DNA of 64,000 bases from Methanothrix sp. (GCA_963682135.1 OY821645.1:992001-1056000); one strand, 5' to 3'; shown: positions 37,714 through 48,366, counted from the first letter of the stretch. Numbers and translations are program-made. Notes: generated from the letters alone by a model not told the origin.

Positions 37714-38898
37714 GTGTCTGAAGTTGTACTGGCCTATTCCGGTGGCCTGGATACATCTGTTTGTATTCCGCTCCTCAAAGAGCGCTATGGATTTGATAGA
37801 ATAGTCACCGTCCTGGTGGACGTTGGCCAGCCGCGGTCGGATATCGAACGGGGAAACCTGCGAGCAAAGCAGCTGGCTGATGAGCATTACGTCATTGATG
37901 CAAGAGAAGAGTTCGTAAGAGATTACATATTTCCGCTCATCAAAGCCAACGGCTCTTACGAGGGATATGTTCTGGGAACGGCCATAGCCCGGCCACTGAT
38001 CGCCATCAAAGCCGCCTTGATCGCCAAGCAAAAAGGCATAAAGAACCTGGCGCATGGATGCACCGGTCGCGGCAATGACCAGCTCCGCTTCGAGGCCATA
38101 TTCCGGGCCACAGACTGCCGGGTCATTGCACCCATGCGAGAGCTGGATTTAGCCCGCGAATGGGAGATCGATTATGCGCGCGAACACGGTATTGAAGTTG
38201 CTGTAACTCGCGATAAACCCTGGTCGATAGATGAGAACATCTGGTCTCGGTCCATCGAGGGAGGCAAGCTGGAGGACCCCTATTTCGAGCCGCCTGAGGA
38301 GATCTATGGCTGGACTCGAAAGCCGGATGCAAGCAAGAAGGCGCAGATTGTTGAGATCGGATTTGCCCATGGTGTTCCCGTCTCTCTGGATGGCGTGCAG
38401 ATGAGCGGCATTGAGCTGATTGAAAAGCTCAACCTGATCGGCGGCGAGCATGGCGTAGGCAGGACGGATATGGTGGAGGACAGGGTGCTGGGCCTGAAAG
38501 CCCGCGAGAACTATGAGCATCCAGCGGCAACTATCATCCTCGCGGCGCATAAGGACCTCGAGCATCTGGTCTTATCCCGTGCTGAGCTTCGTTTCAAGGT
38601 TATGGTGGATGAAGCCTGGTCGGAGCTGGCCTACATGGGCCTGGTGGAGGACCCGCTGTACTCCGATCTGAATGCCTTCCTGGATCAGTCTCAAAAGAGA
38701 GTCAATGGCAGCGTCAAGATGAAACTCTACTGCGCAAATGCAATCCCAGTAGGTCGCCAATCGCCCGACGCACTCTATGCTCAGGACATGGTCTCCTTCG
38801 ACTCCCAGACCTTGAGCCAGAAGGATGCAGAAGGCTTTGCCAAATACCATGGCTTCCAGGCCAGGCTGCTCAAGATAAAGGGATTAAAGAGAACTTAG
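37714..38898 (+). CDS. argG: Argininosuccinate synthase
   Basis: [40 protein letters not shown]. Confidence 0.97.
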   Translation: MSEVVLAYSGGLDTSVCIPLLKERYGFDRIVTVLVDVGQPRSDIERGNLRAKQLADEHYVIDAREEFVRDYIFPLIKANGSYEGYVLGTAIARPLIAIKAALIAKQKGIKNLAHGCTGRGNDQLRFEAIFRATDCRVIAPMRELDLAREWEIDYAREHGIEVAVTRDKPWSIDENIWSRSIEGGKLEDPYFEPPEEIYGWTRKPDASKKAQIVEIGFAHGVPVSLDGVQMSGIELIEKLNLIGGEHGVGRTDMVEDRVLGLKARENYEHPAATIILAAHKDLEHLVLSRAELRFKVMVDEAWSELAYMGLVEDPLYSDLNAFLDQSQKRVNGSVKMKLYCANAIPVGRQSPDALYAQDMVSFDSQTLSQKDAEGFAKYHGFQARLLKIKGLKRT

Positions 38899-38948
38899 AA
38901 AAATGCAAGGATAGGGTTTATTTGATATCGCGGCCCAATATCATCAGC

Positions 38949-39338
38949 ATGTCCAGAGTTGTGATATCAGAGGACGCCGGATCTTCGGATCTGGCGGCAC
39001 TCGCCCTTGCCTTCAATGAGATAGTTCAACTTCCCGTTACGATGCGCTCGGCGAAATTTCCCGGCGTGCGGGTTGAGAAAGGAAAGGTTCTGGATGACAA
39101 ATATAGCGGACCTGTCCTGGAAGAGGTTATTCGAACCGGCAAGAGCATTCGCACCACACCCAAAGAGGGAGCTTATCGAGATATTCCCGTATCTGTCGCT
39201 CCCATATTGATAGAGGGCCGAGCCGTTGCCGCCATCGGGATAGTGGATGTGATCGGCACGATAGACATTCCTGAGGTCTTCGGGGCATATGAGGCGGTCT
39301 TGAAACAGGTTTCAGGTAAGGTGCCAGAGAAGAAATGA
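38949..39338 (+). CDS. DUF2111-like methanogen protein
   Basis: LPVTMRS...GVRVEKG.V.D..Y.GPVLEEV, AAIGIVD; start moved to MSRVVIS. Confidence 0.75.
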   Translation: MSRVVISEDAGSSDLAALALAFNEIVQLPVTMRSAKFPGVRVEKGKVLDDKYSGPVLEEVIRTGKSIRTTPKEGAYRDIPVSVAPILIEGRAVAAIGIVDVIGTIDIPEVFGAYEAVLKQVSGKVPEKK

Positions 39339-39793
39339 AGATCCGGAGTGCGCAGCCCTGGGATCTGGCCCAGATCGTGCAAATCGAGGGGCTCTGCTTC
39401 CCGGAGGAGACCGCTTTTCCGCCCAAGATGTTCGCCTACCTGATACGCTATGCTGTGTCTCTAGTGGCATTTGAGCCGGAGAAGAAAGTATTGGGCTTCA
39501 TCATGGGGTATACCAGTGGAAAGACAGGTGCAGTCTACACCCTGGACGTTCATCCCAGTTACCGCAGGAGGGGCATCGGCAGCAAGCTCCTGCAGTCTTT
39601 GGAGGAGAAGCTGGCCCTGTTGGGTGCCCAGGCGATCCGACTTGAGGCCGCGTTAGATCGGCCCGGGGCTGTTGAGCTGTACAGAAAAGCCGGCTACCAG
39701 GAGCGTGAGCTGGTAAGGAACTATTATGGCCGAGGCGATCATGCCTTGCGAATGTGGAAGAATCTGGATGTGTGTATATGCTTAACGACGTAG
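39335..39793 (+). CDS. GNAT N-acetyltransferase (RimI/Ard1-like)
   Basis: VHPSYRRRGIGSKLL, LYRKAGY, NYY. Confidence 0.9.
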   Translation: MKIRSAQPWDLAQIVQIEGLCFPEETAFPPKMFAYLIRYAVSLVAFEPEKKVLGFIMGYTSGKTGAVYTLDVHPSYRRRGIGSKLLQSLEEKLALLGAQAIRLEAALDRPGAVELYRKAGYQERELVRNYYGRGDHALRMWKNLDVCICLTT

Positions 39794-40662
39794 CCAGGAT
39801 GAGAAGCGGCGATATGCAAAATGAGCTTTCTGCCAAGGTAGACAAACTGATAGACGAGTTCATGGCAATAGTTGATGCCACGACAAAAGAGAGACATCTG
39901 CAGAAGGGCATCGCCAGAAGTCAACTCCCCTGCAGCATGGTTGCCATCCTGGACAAAAATAACCTCTCCATTCTGGGGCAGTTTAGGATGGAGAACAGGA
40001 TCACAAGCTACTTTTACAGACCGGATATCTCTCTCTCGCCCCAGCAGGCAGCCAACAGCGCCCAGTGGGAGTTCGGCTTCGCAGATGCATTTATCATCCA
40101 GATTCCGGCAAACCTGATAGAGCAAAGCACTGCCGATCGTCATGCGGCTCTGCAAAAATCGGCCTCTGAGCATATCGACTCGGAGTTCCTCAGGCTGGAA
40201 AATATGCTCAGCCTCATGCGTACCCGTCCCATATTTGGACAAGCAGCTGAGCAGGTAGGCTCTAGGACGCTCCTTCTGCTCCTGCCCCAGGATGCGGGGC
40301 TGCGAGGTAATGAAGAGACCATTTTAAAAGCGATCCGAGTCAACGGTCTGCCGATTACCGAAGCAGAAGACATCCGGAAAGGCAAATCAGCCGTGCGTGA
40401 TATGTGGCATTCCCTCAATTACGCAGCAGTGATCATTGCCGACCTTACCGGAGCTGATGGCGGGGTGATGTATGGCCTGGGCATTGCTCATACTCTGGGA
40501 AAGGAAACGATACTGATTCACCCGCAAGGCTCAAAATACCTGACGGATATCCCCAGGACATACAGGATAGAGTACGAGGAAAGCGATGCCGGCAGGGCTA
40601 AGCTGGAAGCTAGCCTTTCCCGTATGCTCGACGCCATACTGGCGCCTGTTGTGAATGATTAG
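39754..40662 (+). CDS. Hypothetical protein with a C-terminal nucleoside 2-deoxyribosyltransferase/TIR-like domain; start uncertain
   Basis: AAVIIADLTG...VMYGLGIAHTLGKETILI pattern. Confidence 0.65.
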   Translation: MEESGCVYMLNDVARMRSGDMQNELSAKVDKLIDEFMAIVDATTKERHLQKGIARSQLPCSMVAILDKNNLSILGQFRMENRITSYFYRPDISLSPQQAANSAQWEFGFADAFIIQIPANLIEQSTADRHAALQKSASEHIDSEFLRLENMLSLMRTRPIFGQAAEQVGSRTLLLLLPQDAGLRGNEETILKAIRVNGLPITEAEDIRKGKSAVRDMWHSLNYAAVIIADLTGADGGVMYGLGIAHTLGKETILIHPQGSKYLTDIPRTYRIEYEESDAGRAKLEASLSRMLDAILAPVVND

Positions 40663-40782
40663 GCTAGTGGCCAGGGAAAGTTGCACCGGGCCTATAATGT
40701 TATATATGTCTTGCATTTATACGAAGCTGCGACTCCGAATTCAGGTCTCCGAGCTTCATTTGACCCAGGAGGGGAAAAGAGG

Positions 40783-41865
40783 TTGAAAAAGATAAGGTTG
40801 GCAATCGCGGGCTTGGGAAACTGCGCAAGTTCCCTGATTCAGGGGATCGAATATTATAAACATACTGATGAGAAAGAATGCATCGGACTTATGCATTATG
40901 ATGTATGTGGTTACAGAGCTGGCGATATAGATGTGGTGGCGGCCTTCGATATTGATGCGCGCAAGGTGGGCAAGGACGTAGGCCAGGCCATATTTGCGCC
41001 ACCAAACTGTACCAAGGTGTTCTATCCTGATGTTCCCCGCAAGAATGTAGTGGTCAAGATGGGGCCGGTTTTAGACGGATTTGCTCCCCACATGCTTAAT
41101 TATCCAGAGGATAAACGATTCGTTATAGCTGATGCCAAGCCATGCGACGTGAGACGCGAGCTGGAAGACACCGGCGCTGATGTGCTGGTAAATTATATGC
41201 CGGTAGGCTCGGAAGAGGCAACCCGTTTTTATGCGCAAGCCGCCCTTGATGCAGGCGTTGGATTCGTTAACTGCATGCCTGTCTTCATAGCCTCTAACCC
41301 GGAGTGGGCCAGGAAATTCCAGGATGCTGGTGTTCCAATTGTCGGCGACGATATAAAATCTCAGATTGGTGCCACCATTGTGCATCGTGCTCTTACCCAG
41401 CTCTTCAAGGACAGAGCCTGCGCCATGGACAGGACCTACCAGCTCAACATTGGCGGGAATACCGATTTTCTGAATATGCTCAATCGGGAGAGGCTCAAAT
41501 CCAAGAAGATCAGCAAGACGCAAGCTGTGCAGTCCATTCTGGATGTTCCCCTCAATGATGATGATATACACATTGGTCCCTCAGACTACGTGCCATGGCA
41601 AAAAGACAACAAGGTCTGTTTCCTGAGGATGGAGGGACGGGTCTTTGGAGATGTGCCCATTAATCTGGAGCTGCGTCTCTCAGTAGAGGACTCGCCCAAC
41701 AGCGGGGGAAGCTCCATTGATGCCATAAGAATCTGCAAGCTGGCCAAAGACAGAAAGATCGGAGGGCCGCTTCTGGCCATATCTGCATACACCATGAAGC
41801 ATCCGCCGGTTCAGTATCCAGATGAGATGGCAAAAGAGATGGTGGACAAATTCATCCATGGTTAA
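40783..41865 (+). CDS. ino1: Myo-inositol-1-phosphate synthase (TTG start at 40783)
   Basis: GLGNCASSL.QG, GDDIKSQ.GAT, QLNIGGNTDFLNM, DSPNS. Confidence 0.95.
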   Translation: MKKIRLAIAGLGNCASSLIQGIEYYKHTDEKECIGLMHYDVCGYRAGDIDVVAAFDIDARKVGKDVGQAIFAPPNCTKVFYPDVPRKNVVVKMGPVLDGFAPHMLNYPEDKRFVIADAKPCDVRRELEDTGADVLVNYMPVGSEEATRFYAQAALDAGVGFVNCMPVFIASNPEWARKFQDAGVPIVGDDIKSQIGATIVHRALTQLFKDRACAMDRTYQLNIGGNTDFLNMLNRERLKSKKISKTQAVQSILDVPLNDDDIHIGPSDYVPWQKDNKVCFLRMEGRVFGDVPINLELRLSVEDSPNSGGSSIDAIRICKLAKDRKIGGPLLAISAYTMKHPPVQYPDEMAKEMVDKFIHG

Positions 41866-41868
41866 ATA

Positions 41869-42204
41869 ATGTCTTTCTTTAAATATGCAAGTGCCACTGC
41901 GGTGCAGATGGCCCCCGGACTGATTCGCAAAACCCTGGTGAGCGCCGACAATCTGATGATTTGCCGGTTTGATCTGGACACTGGTGTAGAAATTCCAAGT
42001 CATTCTCATCCCCATGACCAGGCAGGTTATGTGGTTTCTGGGAAGATTCGTATTACCGTGGAGGGCAAGAGCTGCGATCTTGGAGCAGGGGATAGCTACT
42101 CTGCCCCCTCCAATGTATTGCACTCGGCAATGGCTTTGGAGGCATCGGTGGTCGTGGATACATTCTACCCACCCAGAGATGATTATCGCGCCATTGCCGA
42201 TTGA
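41869..42204 (+). CDS. Cupin-domain protein
   Basis: PSHSHPHDQ..YV.SG, P.NV.H, DTFYPPRDDY. Confidence 0.9.
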   Translation: MSFFKYASATAVQMAPGLIRKTLVSADNLMICRFDLDTGVEIPSHSHPHDQAGYVVSGKIRITVEGKSCDLGAGDSYSAPSNVLHSAMALEASVVVDTFYPPRDDYRAIAD

Positions 42205-42428
42205 TATACCCTAGAAAAGAAAAAAAGCAGATTAAATTTGATAATTTTTCCGGGTCGCGACAGGCAATTAATTGAAACGTATATGACCAACTTTTTAAAT
42301 AAAAAGTTATAGTTATTAATGCATAAAACATTTTAGATAGAAAAATTTAATACATACAAAAAAAGTATTACTTCATTTAGTTCGTGCCTGCGGAAATGAT
42401 CTGTACTTGATATTCAAGAGGGAGAAAA

Positions 42429-44615
42429 ATGGTGCACACTCTGCGTCCGAGACAGCTTGATTATGCCAGAAAAATAAACGAATACTTAAAAAACAGTCGT
42501 CCTGAGGAACTACTCGATTTGGAGGGCCCGGGGACAGAATCATTAGCCGCCTGGTTCTTAGGACCTAAAGCAGAGAACCAGAATCTTTTTTCAGAGCTGA
42601 TAGCGGAAGGAATCAAAGCGAACTGCAATGATCGAAAAGAGTATTTCATTAAAGACCCTAAATATGTCACAGAAGACCTAAAAAGAAGTGATGAGTATAT
42701 AAATTGTGTAGAATATATGAAAAGTGAATACAACGAATTATTGAAGAACCTCAAGAAATCAGTTCCATTTTTCAGCTACCGATATCAGGCGCATATGAAT
42801 TGGGACCTGACCATCCCAGGAATGCTGGGATACTTCTCTGCAATGCTCTACAATCAGAACAACGTGGCTGCTGAAGCCTCGCCCGTCACTTCTCACCTGG
42901 AAGCACTGGTTGGTAACGATCTCTGTAAGATGCTGGGATTCCGCGTCACAGATTCAAAGGACGAAAATGCTATTTTGCCGTGGGGGCATATAACCTGCGA
43001 TGGATCAGTCGCTAATCTGGAGGCTATGTGGGCCGCTCGCAATCTAAAGTATTATCCAATTTCCGTAGCCTCTGCCCTGAGAAACGAAGCTGCCCTTGCC
43101 CCGGCAAGAGGCATGCTCGTTGCCCTTCCGGATGGAAGACGCCGCCAGCTAATTGACCTGGATGCCTGGACTCTTTTGAATCTGGGCATTGATGATGTTC
43201 TCGCTCTTACCCAGAGAATGCAATTAGAGTATGGAATATCTGCAGAGGTAATCAATAACGCTATGGATCCATACACCATTCAGAGCCTGGGATTTGATGA
43301 ATTCAACAGACGCTACATTAAAGACACACAGCCTTGCGTCCTGATGGGGCCTGCTACCAAGCACTATTCATGGCCAAAGAATGCAGCCGTTCTCGGTATT
43401 GGAAAGAATAACTTCTTGAATATTAATGTAGATATGGATGCCCGAATGGACATCAAACATCTGCGTACACAACTGGATAAATGCCTGTCAGCCAGACAGC
43501 CTGTCCTAATGGTAGTAGTGGTTTTAGGCTCAACGGAAGAAAGCGCAGTTGACCCCCTGGCCAGAGTGATCGCCTTAAGGGACGAATACCGAAAGTCGGG
43601 GCTGGAATTTGCCATCCATGTCGATGCTGCCTGGGGTGGTTATTTTGCCAGCCTTCTGAGAAAGCCGCATAAAAGCACATCTGATGTGACAATAGACAGC
43701 TACACGCCCGACCTCATGCTGAGCGATTATGTAATGGAGCAATACAATGCCATTCCTTTAGCCGAATCGGTTACAATTGATCCGCATAAGGCAGGCTATA
43801 TTCCCTATCCTGCGGGAGGGCTCTGCTATCGCAATAAAAGCATGAGAAACTTGGTCGCATTTCTGGCACCGGAGGTCTACCACGGAGAAAAAATTGATGC
43901 ATCCATGGGCGTCTTCGGCATTGAAGGATCAAAACCTGGAGCTGCTGCGGCAGGCGTCTATTTAAGCCATCGCATTATCCGGCCTGATCAGAGCGGCTAT
44001 GGAAAGATTCTCGGAAAAGCGCTCTTCAACAGCAAACGCTTCTATTCAGGGATTATCACCTTGGCAGAACCGGATGATCCATTCATTGTCGTTCCCGTGC
44101 AGCAAATACCTGCGGAGAAGGAGGGCAAGAACCAAAAAGAGATCGACCAACAGTTGAAAGATATAAAGAAGAATATTGTTGAGAAAGAAAATAAGGATAT
44201 AAAGCCGAAAGACATGAAGCTGCTGAAAAAATTGGGGTCCGACCAAATTATCATCACCTATGCCTTTAATTTTAAAGACAAGGGTGGCATCCTCAACACG
44301 GACCCCAAGAAGGCCAATGATTTCAATCATAAGATCTTTGAGGCCCTCAGCCTATCACCAGAAAAACCAGACCATAAGCCTTCCCTCATCATCACCACAT
44401 CTCAGTTTGAGCCCGAGATTTATGGCAAGGAGTTTGTGCGCACCTTCATGAGACGTCTGGGTGTCGATGATTCCAATTTGATCACGATGAACTTCTTATC
44501 ATCGACTACCATGTGTCCCTGGCTTACGGATACGGAAAAGGGCAACTTTATCCCAGAACTCACAAAGGCACTTAAAGAGGCAGTCATAAAGGTTGTGGGT
44601 GATTTTCAAGCATAG
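42429..44615 (+). CDS. Large group II PLP-dependent amino-acid decarboxylase (bacterial tyrosine decarboxylase-like)
   Basis: WFLGPKAEN, RY.AHM, WGHIT.DGS.ANLEA.W.ARN, HVDAAWGGY, DPHKAGY (PLP Lys), EGSKPGA. Confidence 0.9.
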   Translation: MVHTLRPRQLDYARKINEYLKNSRPEELLDLEGPGTESLAAWFLGPKAENQNLFSELIAEGIKANCNDRKEYFIKDPKYVTEDLKRSDEYINCVEYMKSEYNELLKNLKKSVPFFSYRYQAHMNWDLTIPGMLGYFSAMLYNQNNVAAEASPVTSHLEALVGNDLCKMLGFRVTDSKDENAILPWGHITCDGSVANLEAMWAARNLKYYPISVASALRNEAALAPARGMLVALPDGRRRQLIDLDAWTLLNLGIDDVLALTQRMQLEYGISAEVINNAMDPYTIQSLGFDEFNRRYIKDTQPCVLMGPATKHYSWPKNAAVLGIGKNNFLNINVDMDARMDIKHLRTQLDKCLSARQPVLMVVVVLGSTEESAVDPLARVIALRDEYRKSGLEFAIHVDAAWGGYFASLLRKPHKSTSDVTIDSYTPDLMLSDYVMEQYNAIPLAESVTIDPHKAGYIPYPAGGLCYRNKSMRNLVAFLAPEVYHGEKIDASMGVFGIEGSKPGAAAAGVYLSHRIIRPDQSGYGKILGKALFNSKRFYSGIITLAEPDDPFIVVPVQQIPAEKEGKNQKEIDQQLKDIKKNIVEKENKDIKPKDMKLLKKLGSDQIIITYAFNFKDKGGILNTDPKKANDFNHKIFEALSLSPEKPDHKPSLIITTSQFEPEIYGKEFVRTFMRRLGVDDSNLITMNFLSSTTMCPWLTDTEKGNFIPELTKALKEAVIKVVGDFQA

Positions 44616-44642
44616 AAAAAAATAAGGGCTTTTGTCGGACTC

Positions 44643-45026
44643 CTACAAGCCAAAATCGATGAAAATCCCCATCATCTTTTCATTTTTGAAGTATCCGTAA
44701 ACAGGATAATTGCCCGGACCCGGTGTGAAATGCAGACTATTACCACCGTCGCTTGCGACAATTAAGCCCGAGGCCACATTCAGATATCCAATGATCCTGC
44801 AGTCGGAATAAAGGCTTGCCACACCTTTCATCTGATTGGAGCCCGTTGCTGCGCTCGATGCAAAGGGATCGCCTCCTGCCCACGCACTGCCGATGCCTTT
44901 GTTAAAAAGATTCTCTGCAGCCGCTTCTGCGGGACGCTTCTCAACCTGGGCCCCGCCAAGAGGGAGCATAGATAGCATCAATGCCGCCGTCAGCAAGACC
45001 AAAACCGCCTTTGCAAACATCCTCAT
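44643..45026 (-). CDS. Secreted hypothetical protein
   Basis: Signal peptide, GGTGG RBS, 127 aa. Confidence 0.65.
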   Translation of the reverse strand: MRMFAKAVLVLLTAALMLSMLPLGGAQVEKRPAEAAAENLFNKGIGSAWAGGDPFASSAATGSNQMKGVASLYSDCRIIGYLNVASGLIVASDGGNSLHFTPGPGNYPVYGYFKNEKMMGIFIDFGL

Positions 45027-45398
45027 ATTAATCCACCTTCGATGATATCTTTTTAGAGATGATTTAATCGCTGGATGTTATATTGTTTTCCCTGCAACTT
45101 TGCCCTACGATAATAACTGGTGTTCTGGGGGTTCTGTTGCATCTTTGATGTGTTTTAGGTTGGTGTTTCATCCATGATGGCGAAGGCTAACTCAGTTAGC
45201 AAAGGCGTACTACTCGCGATGTGGCTTGGGTGAAAATAATTTGATAATGTAAAGGACTGGAATTTAAACATGCCATAATTTATAATATTAAAGCACTATA
45301 TCGAATTGTATTTTTATAACGTTTTCTTCTGAAGAGGACTTATATCCTTTACATCGTTCTGTTAGATAAAAATTCAGTGGGGCGGATAAGAATTAAGA

Positions 45399-46119
45399 TC
45401 AAACTGCACGCGGCCACCCCACCCTAAAGGGATGGGGTATGCTTCGGGCCGCGCGCACGCCCGGTTAGCTGGAGATCAGAAATCATCGAGTCTTCTTTGA
45501 CCAAATTCCTTTGACCTGCAAAATCCCGGCTCTGCTTTTGTTTTCCCTTGTGATTCCATAATGTAGTGCTGTATTGTATCAGCGGTCACATTTCCGACGG
45601 ATCGAAAGAATTTACCACTTGACCACAAGCTTCCGCCCCAAAATCTTTTTTTCAATTCGGGATGAAGCTTGAACATTCTATATGAACTGCCTCCTTTCAA
45701 AAATTGAACGACTCTTGATAGAGAAGAGTTCGGATGGAATTCCAGGAACAAGTGAACATGATCGTCTACAATTTCCATTGCATGAATTTTATAGCCTTGC
45801 TCCATGCAAATTTTGTTGAGAATTAGCTCGCAATCCTTTTTAACTCGCTTGTCATAGAATATCTTGTATCGATACTTTGGCACTAATACGATGTGGTAGG
45901 TAATTTGACCATAGCCATGGCTAAAACTGCGCAATTCCAACGCGTATCACATCCTAGCCATAGGTGGGTGGCACCACCTGTGGCTAAAGTGCCAAATACG
46001 ATTTCATTTTTAAAGAAGCAACGGTTGATCGATATAAGTTAACGCAAAAAACGGCGAGGGTTCACTTCATCCCCAACCTGAAGGTTGGGGTATTCGTGAC
46101 CCTCTGCACTCCCGATGTA
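45399..46119 (-). mobile_element. IS200-like element, tnpA only (ends approximate)
   Basis: Hairpins ACCCCACCCTAAAGGGATGGGGT (~45416-45438) and CCCCAACCTGAAGGTTGGGG (46071-46090) flank tnpA. Confidence 0.85.
45476..45940 (-). CDS. tnpA: IS200/IS605 HUH (Y1) transposase
   Basis: YHIVLVPKYR, DHVHL (HUH), KGGSS, LWS..KF, IQHYI (catalytic Tyr). Confidence 0.95.
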   Translation of the reverse strand: MELRSFSHGYGQITYHIVLVPKYRYKIFYDKRVKKDCELILNKICMEQGYKIHAMEIVDDHVHLFLEFHPNSSLSRVVQFLKGGSSYRMFKLHPELKKRFWGGSLWSSGKFFRSVGNVTADTIQHYIMESQGKTKAEPGFCRSKEFGQRRLDDF

Positions 46120-46266
46120 ATAAAAATTTCTAAGTACAAATAAATTAATTATTGAAAAATATACTATTTATTTATTTAACAGAATACACTTAAATACTAT
46201 ATAGTTTAATATATAACTCTAAATCATCGAAAGACATTTAAGTTGTGTTTCCTTTGCATTCATAAG

Positions 46267-46797
46267 ATGATTCCAGACTTCAATGATCAAGGAAACCTAC
46301 CTTCAGGGATTATTCAGTCTACTTTAGAGGAGTTTGAAACGCGCTTTGTAAATGAAATTGTTGGATCGCAAACAAGAGGAGATATATTTCGCGGTTACAG
46401 CGAATATTGTAGGGCTCTTTTGCCTTTAAATGTGACAACAAAGCAATGGATTAATGGAAGTTATACCACTAATAAAAAAGACCCAAATGATATGGACATG
46501 GTTAATCATCTAGATGCTTTAAAAGTAAATGATAAGGTTATTTATGATAAACTGGTCCAACTTATAAACGATAAATTATATATAATTAAAAAATATAAAT
46601 GCCATACGTTCGGTATTGCCGTATATCCACCAGATCACAAATTATATCAAGAAACTTTAAAATGGAAAGCATATTGGATGGAATGTTTTGGGCAAGATAG
46701 ACAAAAGAGATCTAAAGGTATTATTGAATTTGATCTAATGGAGCGGAACTTTAGATTTAGTGATGGTCCATCTAAGGGTGAAACGAATAATGGCTGA
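46267..46797 (+). CDS. DUF6932-like minimal nucleotidyltransferase
   Basis: MIPDFNDQGNLPSG start, WINGSYTTNKKDPNDMD (GS..DxD), C-terminal FG.DR...KGIIE. Confidence 0.78.
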   Translation: MIPDFNDQGNLPSGIIQSTLEEFETRFVNEIVGSQTRGDIFRGYSEYCRALLPLNVTTKQWINGSYTTNKKDPNDMDMVNHLDALKVNDKVIYDKLVQLINDKLYIIKKYKCHTFGIAVYPPDHKLYQETLKWKAYWMECFGQDRQKRSKGIIEFDLMERNFRFSDGPSKGETNNG

Positions 46798-48067
46798 TAA
46801 ATTCAGGCAACCTTATTTAATCCAAAAAGAGCTTGATCGGCTTAAGGACCTGATCCAAGATAATAGAAGGCTTGTATCCCAATATCCCGAAGAATTGGCA
46901 TTAAAATTGAATCTCATTAGTCTAGAAAATAGAGAAAGTGACGTTTTAAATGAGTTAAACGAGCTAAATAAAAGATTAGGCGCGGATCATTCCTATATTG
47001 CGAAAAACCCACAAGAGGACATATCACCCGTAATTGAATACAAATTAAGCGGCGAATCTGTCTCATTAAGTAATGCACCTGCACAACTTCTAGGCAAGAT
47101 ATTACTCAATATGCAGAATTTAATCTATTCTATTGCAGGCTCGAGCGATAAAATCATTCATTTCGGAGGCAAAAGACCTAAAAGAATGGAATCCCTCTAT
47201 TCCTTGAATGTGAGGCTAATAGAAGGAAGTGTAGCTATGGAATTCGTCCCTGCATTACTTGCACCTACGTTCGAGGACAGAACTGAACAAACCCCGGTTT
47301 TTTATAAAGCATCCAAATTTATTAGTTTATTGCCACATCGAGATATAGAATATGATATATTAAAATTGGAAATTGAGAAACAAATTATTGATCCAAGATC
47401 GAGGATAACTACATTAAATTGTCTAAAGCAACTCATACCTCCTCCCGGAAAGGAGGCAAAAATAAGGTTTATGAATATAAATGGATACTCCTCAGAAATA
47501 GAACTTCATGATGATTTATTCAAACGAAGGGTCGATCAATTGTTAAAAGAAGAGATGAAAAACTATGAAGTTGAAGTTTTCGGAGTTGTAACTAGAATTA
47601 ACGACGACATTCCGCCGTCTTTCATGGTTAAGAATTGGTCGGGAAAATTGGTAAAAGTAAATATGCCTGAAGAGAGAAGGCAACAAATAATTGAATATTT
47701 AGCGGACAGAGTGCCGATTAAAGTTATAGGGGCTGGAAATAAAAAGAAATCGCTTGAAATTACAGATTTAGACGAAATAGAACCAAATACGGATATAGTT
47801 ATTGAATCTATCCAAGATATGATTCTGAAAGCTCCTGTGGAAGTCAAATTATCTTATGAAAGGCATGATAACGAATCAGACTATTGGGTAGTAGGTAATG
47901 AGGAATTAGGGATCTACGGTGTGGAGGATACGGTAGAAAAAGCGAAGCATGCATTTGAAAATGATTTGCATATTGATTATTTGGCATACAAAGAATTAGA
48001 TGATGTCCAATTAACCGATAAGGCATTGGATCTCAAAAGGAAACTTATTAGATTATTTGAAGATTAA
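46790..48067 (+). CDS. 425-aa multidomain hypothetical protein with a C-terminal HicB-like domain
   Basis: Overlaps the upstream stop; N-terminal coiled coil; C-terminal YWVVGNEELGIYGVEDTVEKAKHAFENDL. Confidence 0.65.
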   Translation: MADKFRQPYLIQKELDRLKDLIQDNRRLVSQYPEELALKLNLISLENRESDVLNELNELNKRLGADHSYIAKNPQEDISPVIEYKLSGESVSLSNAPAQLLGKILLNMQNLIYSIAGSSDKIIHFGGKRPKRMESLYSLNVRLIEGSVAMEFVPALLAPTFEDRTEQTPVFYKASKFISLLPHRDIEYDILKLEIEKQIIDPRSRITTLNCLKQLIPPPGKEAKIRFMNINGYSSEIELHDDLFKRRVDQLLKEEMKNYEVEVFGVVTRINDDIPPSFMVKNWSGKLVKVNMPEERRQQIIEYLADRVPIKVIGAGNKKKSLEITDLDEIEPNTDIVIESIQDMILKAPVEVKLSYERHDNESDYWVVGNEELGIYGVEDTVEKAKHAFENDLHIDYLAYKELDDVQLTDKALDLKRKLIRLFED

Positions 48068-48078
48068 GGAGGGGGACG

Positions 48079-48366
48079 ATGGCTGAAAAAAGATTAACTA
48101 TAGATTCAAGTTTAACGAGAAAAGGTTTTAAAAAAAATACGCAAAACAATCATTATTATTATAAATTAATAATAGATGGAAAAATCACAAATATAAGAAC
48201 AAAAATGAGTACTGGCTCAAATCACAAAACAATTGGTGATAACCTTCTTGTTCAGATGTATAAGCAACTAAAGATGAATAACATTGCAGAATTTAGGAAA
48301 TACATTGAATGTACGTATTCTTATGAAAGCTATATAAAATCTCTTAAAGAAAAGAATTATATATAA
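48079..48366 (+). CDS. HicA-like small basic protein (putative RNase toxin)
   Basis: AGGAGG RBS; IDSSLTRKGF..NNHYYYKL..TKMSTGS..TIGDNLL.QM.KQL pattern. Confidence 0.65.
   Translation: MAEKRLTIDSSLTRKGFKKNTQNNHYYYKLIIDGKITNIRTKMSTGSNHKTIGDNLLVQMYKQLKMNNIAEFRKYIECTYSYESYIKSLKEKNYI

Noticed and set aside
42429-44615. Calling the decarboxylase mfnA
   Set aside because: At 728 aa, with bacterial TyrDC-like motifs, it does not fit the ~400-aa MfnA
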